DNA of 64,000 nucleotides from Candidatus Pacearchaeota archaeon (GTDB lineage Archaea > Nanobdellota > Nanobdellia > Pacearchaeales > GW2011-AR1). Shown here one piece after another: positions 63,661 to 64,000 of this stretch. Where the stretch lies: the NCBI GenBank assembly GCA_018303755.1, contig JAGVXO010000006.1, positions 1,140 to 65,139 on the forward strand. Direction: 5' to 3'. Both the position numbers and the translations under genes were made by a program. The notes below the pieces were generated by a model. It was not told the DNA's origin. It searched no databases and saw only the letters and a program-made list of their open reading frames with translations. How positions within the stretch are numbered: position 1 is the stretch's first letter; every line of letters begins with the position of its first letter.

Positions 63661-63725
63661 TACGCAAGGTTAGTATAATAAGATTAAAAAGAAGAATTTT
63701 TAATCTCTTTCTATGTAGTATTTAT

Positions 63726-64000
63726 ATGAAGAAGTATAAGGTATTTCGTTCTGTTGGCTTTCAAGAAGAAATTGAAAAATATGATAAAAATATTCAAGAC
63801 AGAATAGATAAAATTGAGGAGAGACTAACTGAAAATTTAGAATATGGAAATCCCTTAGGGACAAAATGGTTTCAGGAATCAAGATTTGAAAACTACAGGA
63901 TTTATTATCTAATTTATGAAGATTTGCAGGCAGTTTATATGGTTGCAATAAGCAGTAAAAAAGACCAGCAAAAAACAATTAATACAATAAGATTATTTCT
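63726..64000 (+). CDS. RelE/ParE-family toxin-like protein (3' end outside window)
   Basis: It is not in the ORF track because there is no stop in the window. Hand-translated as MKKYKVFRSVGFQEEIEKYDKNIQDRIDKIEERLTENLEYGNPLGTKWFQESRFENYRIYYLIYEDLQAVYMVAISSKKDQ...; the YRIYY..v.vvaI..kkd pattern is RelE/ParE-like. Confidence 0.55.
   Translation, partial: MKKYKVFRSVGFQEEIEKYDKNIQDRIDKIEERLTENLEYGNPLGTKWFQESRFENYRIYYLIYEDLQAVYMVAISSKKDQQKTINTIRLF

Larger units (their letters stand above)
62446..63671 (-). mobile_element. intact insertion sequence, IS4/IS5-superfamily type (1226 bp)
   Basis: Perfect 12-bp terminal inverted repeats AACCTTGCGTAC (62446..62457) and GTACGCAAGGTT (63660..63671) are present. 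They are flanked by the 9-bp direct repeat AGTATAATA (62437..62445 and 63672..63680). The element encloses a DDE transposase gene. Confidence 0.85.

Noticed and set aside
63700-63978. ORF 63700..63978 (-)
   Set aside because: The opposite strand carries a better candidate: a RelE/ParE-like ORF that is open to the window end. The minus-strand product is low-complexity.

Overview
This is an AT-rich archaeal chromosome segment. All calls rest on reading the translations and the DNA by eye; no database search or computation was run.

Archaeal origin is supported by S6e, S24e, S27ae, L35Ae, L10e, aIF5B, the Rpo7/Spt4 operon, RNase P Rpp30, and an intron-containing tRNA-Tyr with a C1:G72 pair. The small K/I/N-rich proteins and sparse metabolism suggest a reduced, DPANN-like genome, but that is inference.

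I call about 90 CDS:
- Information processing: rarA, lhr plus its MPE phosphoesterase, SSB, scpA, hisS, infB, ribosomal proteins, rpo7-spt4.
- An envelope/glycosylation cluster at 18.9-25.6 kb (2x GT2, 2x GT4, membrane proteins).
- uppP, pyrH, ppsA, lemA/htpX, and a rhomboid protease.
- Small toxin-antitoxin-like modules (HicAB-like, PIN/HTH, RelE-like).
- Three Pol-beta-type nucleotidyltransferase paralogs.
- Many orphan genes.

There are five tRNAs: His, Trp, Tyr (with a 120-nt intron), Gly and Val. One intact IS4/IS5-type insertion sequence has 12-bp terminal inverted repeats and a 9-bp target duplication. No rRNA or CRISPR array was seen.

The most striking non-genic signal is a pervasive intergenic repeat family of about 150-175 bp. 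It has three conserved blocks, one carrying a GC hairpin. More than 20 full or partial copies fill most long spacers, sometimes as head-to-tail arrays. They often sit directly after stop codons and often bracket orphan genes.

Other points worth a second look:
- An acyl carrier protein gene translationally coupled inside the rpo7-spt4-S24e-S27ae operon.
- An Spt4 homolog without zinc-ribbon cysteines.
- A 108-bp near-identical duplication of the rnp3 3' end plus terminator, with copies 50 kb apart.
- att-like duplications at tRNA-Gly and tRNA-His.
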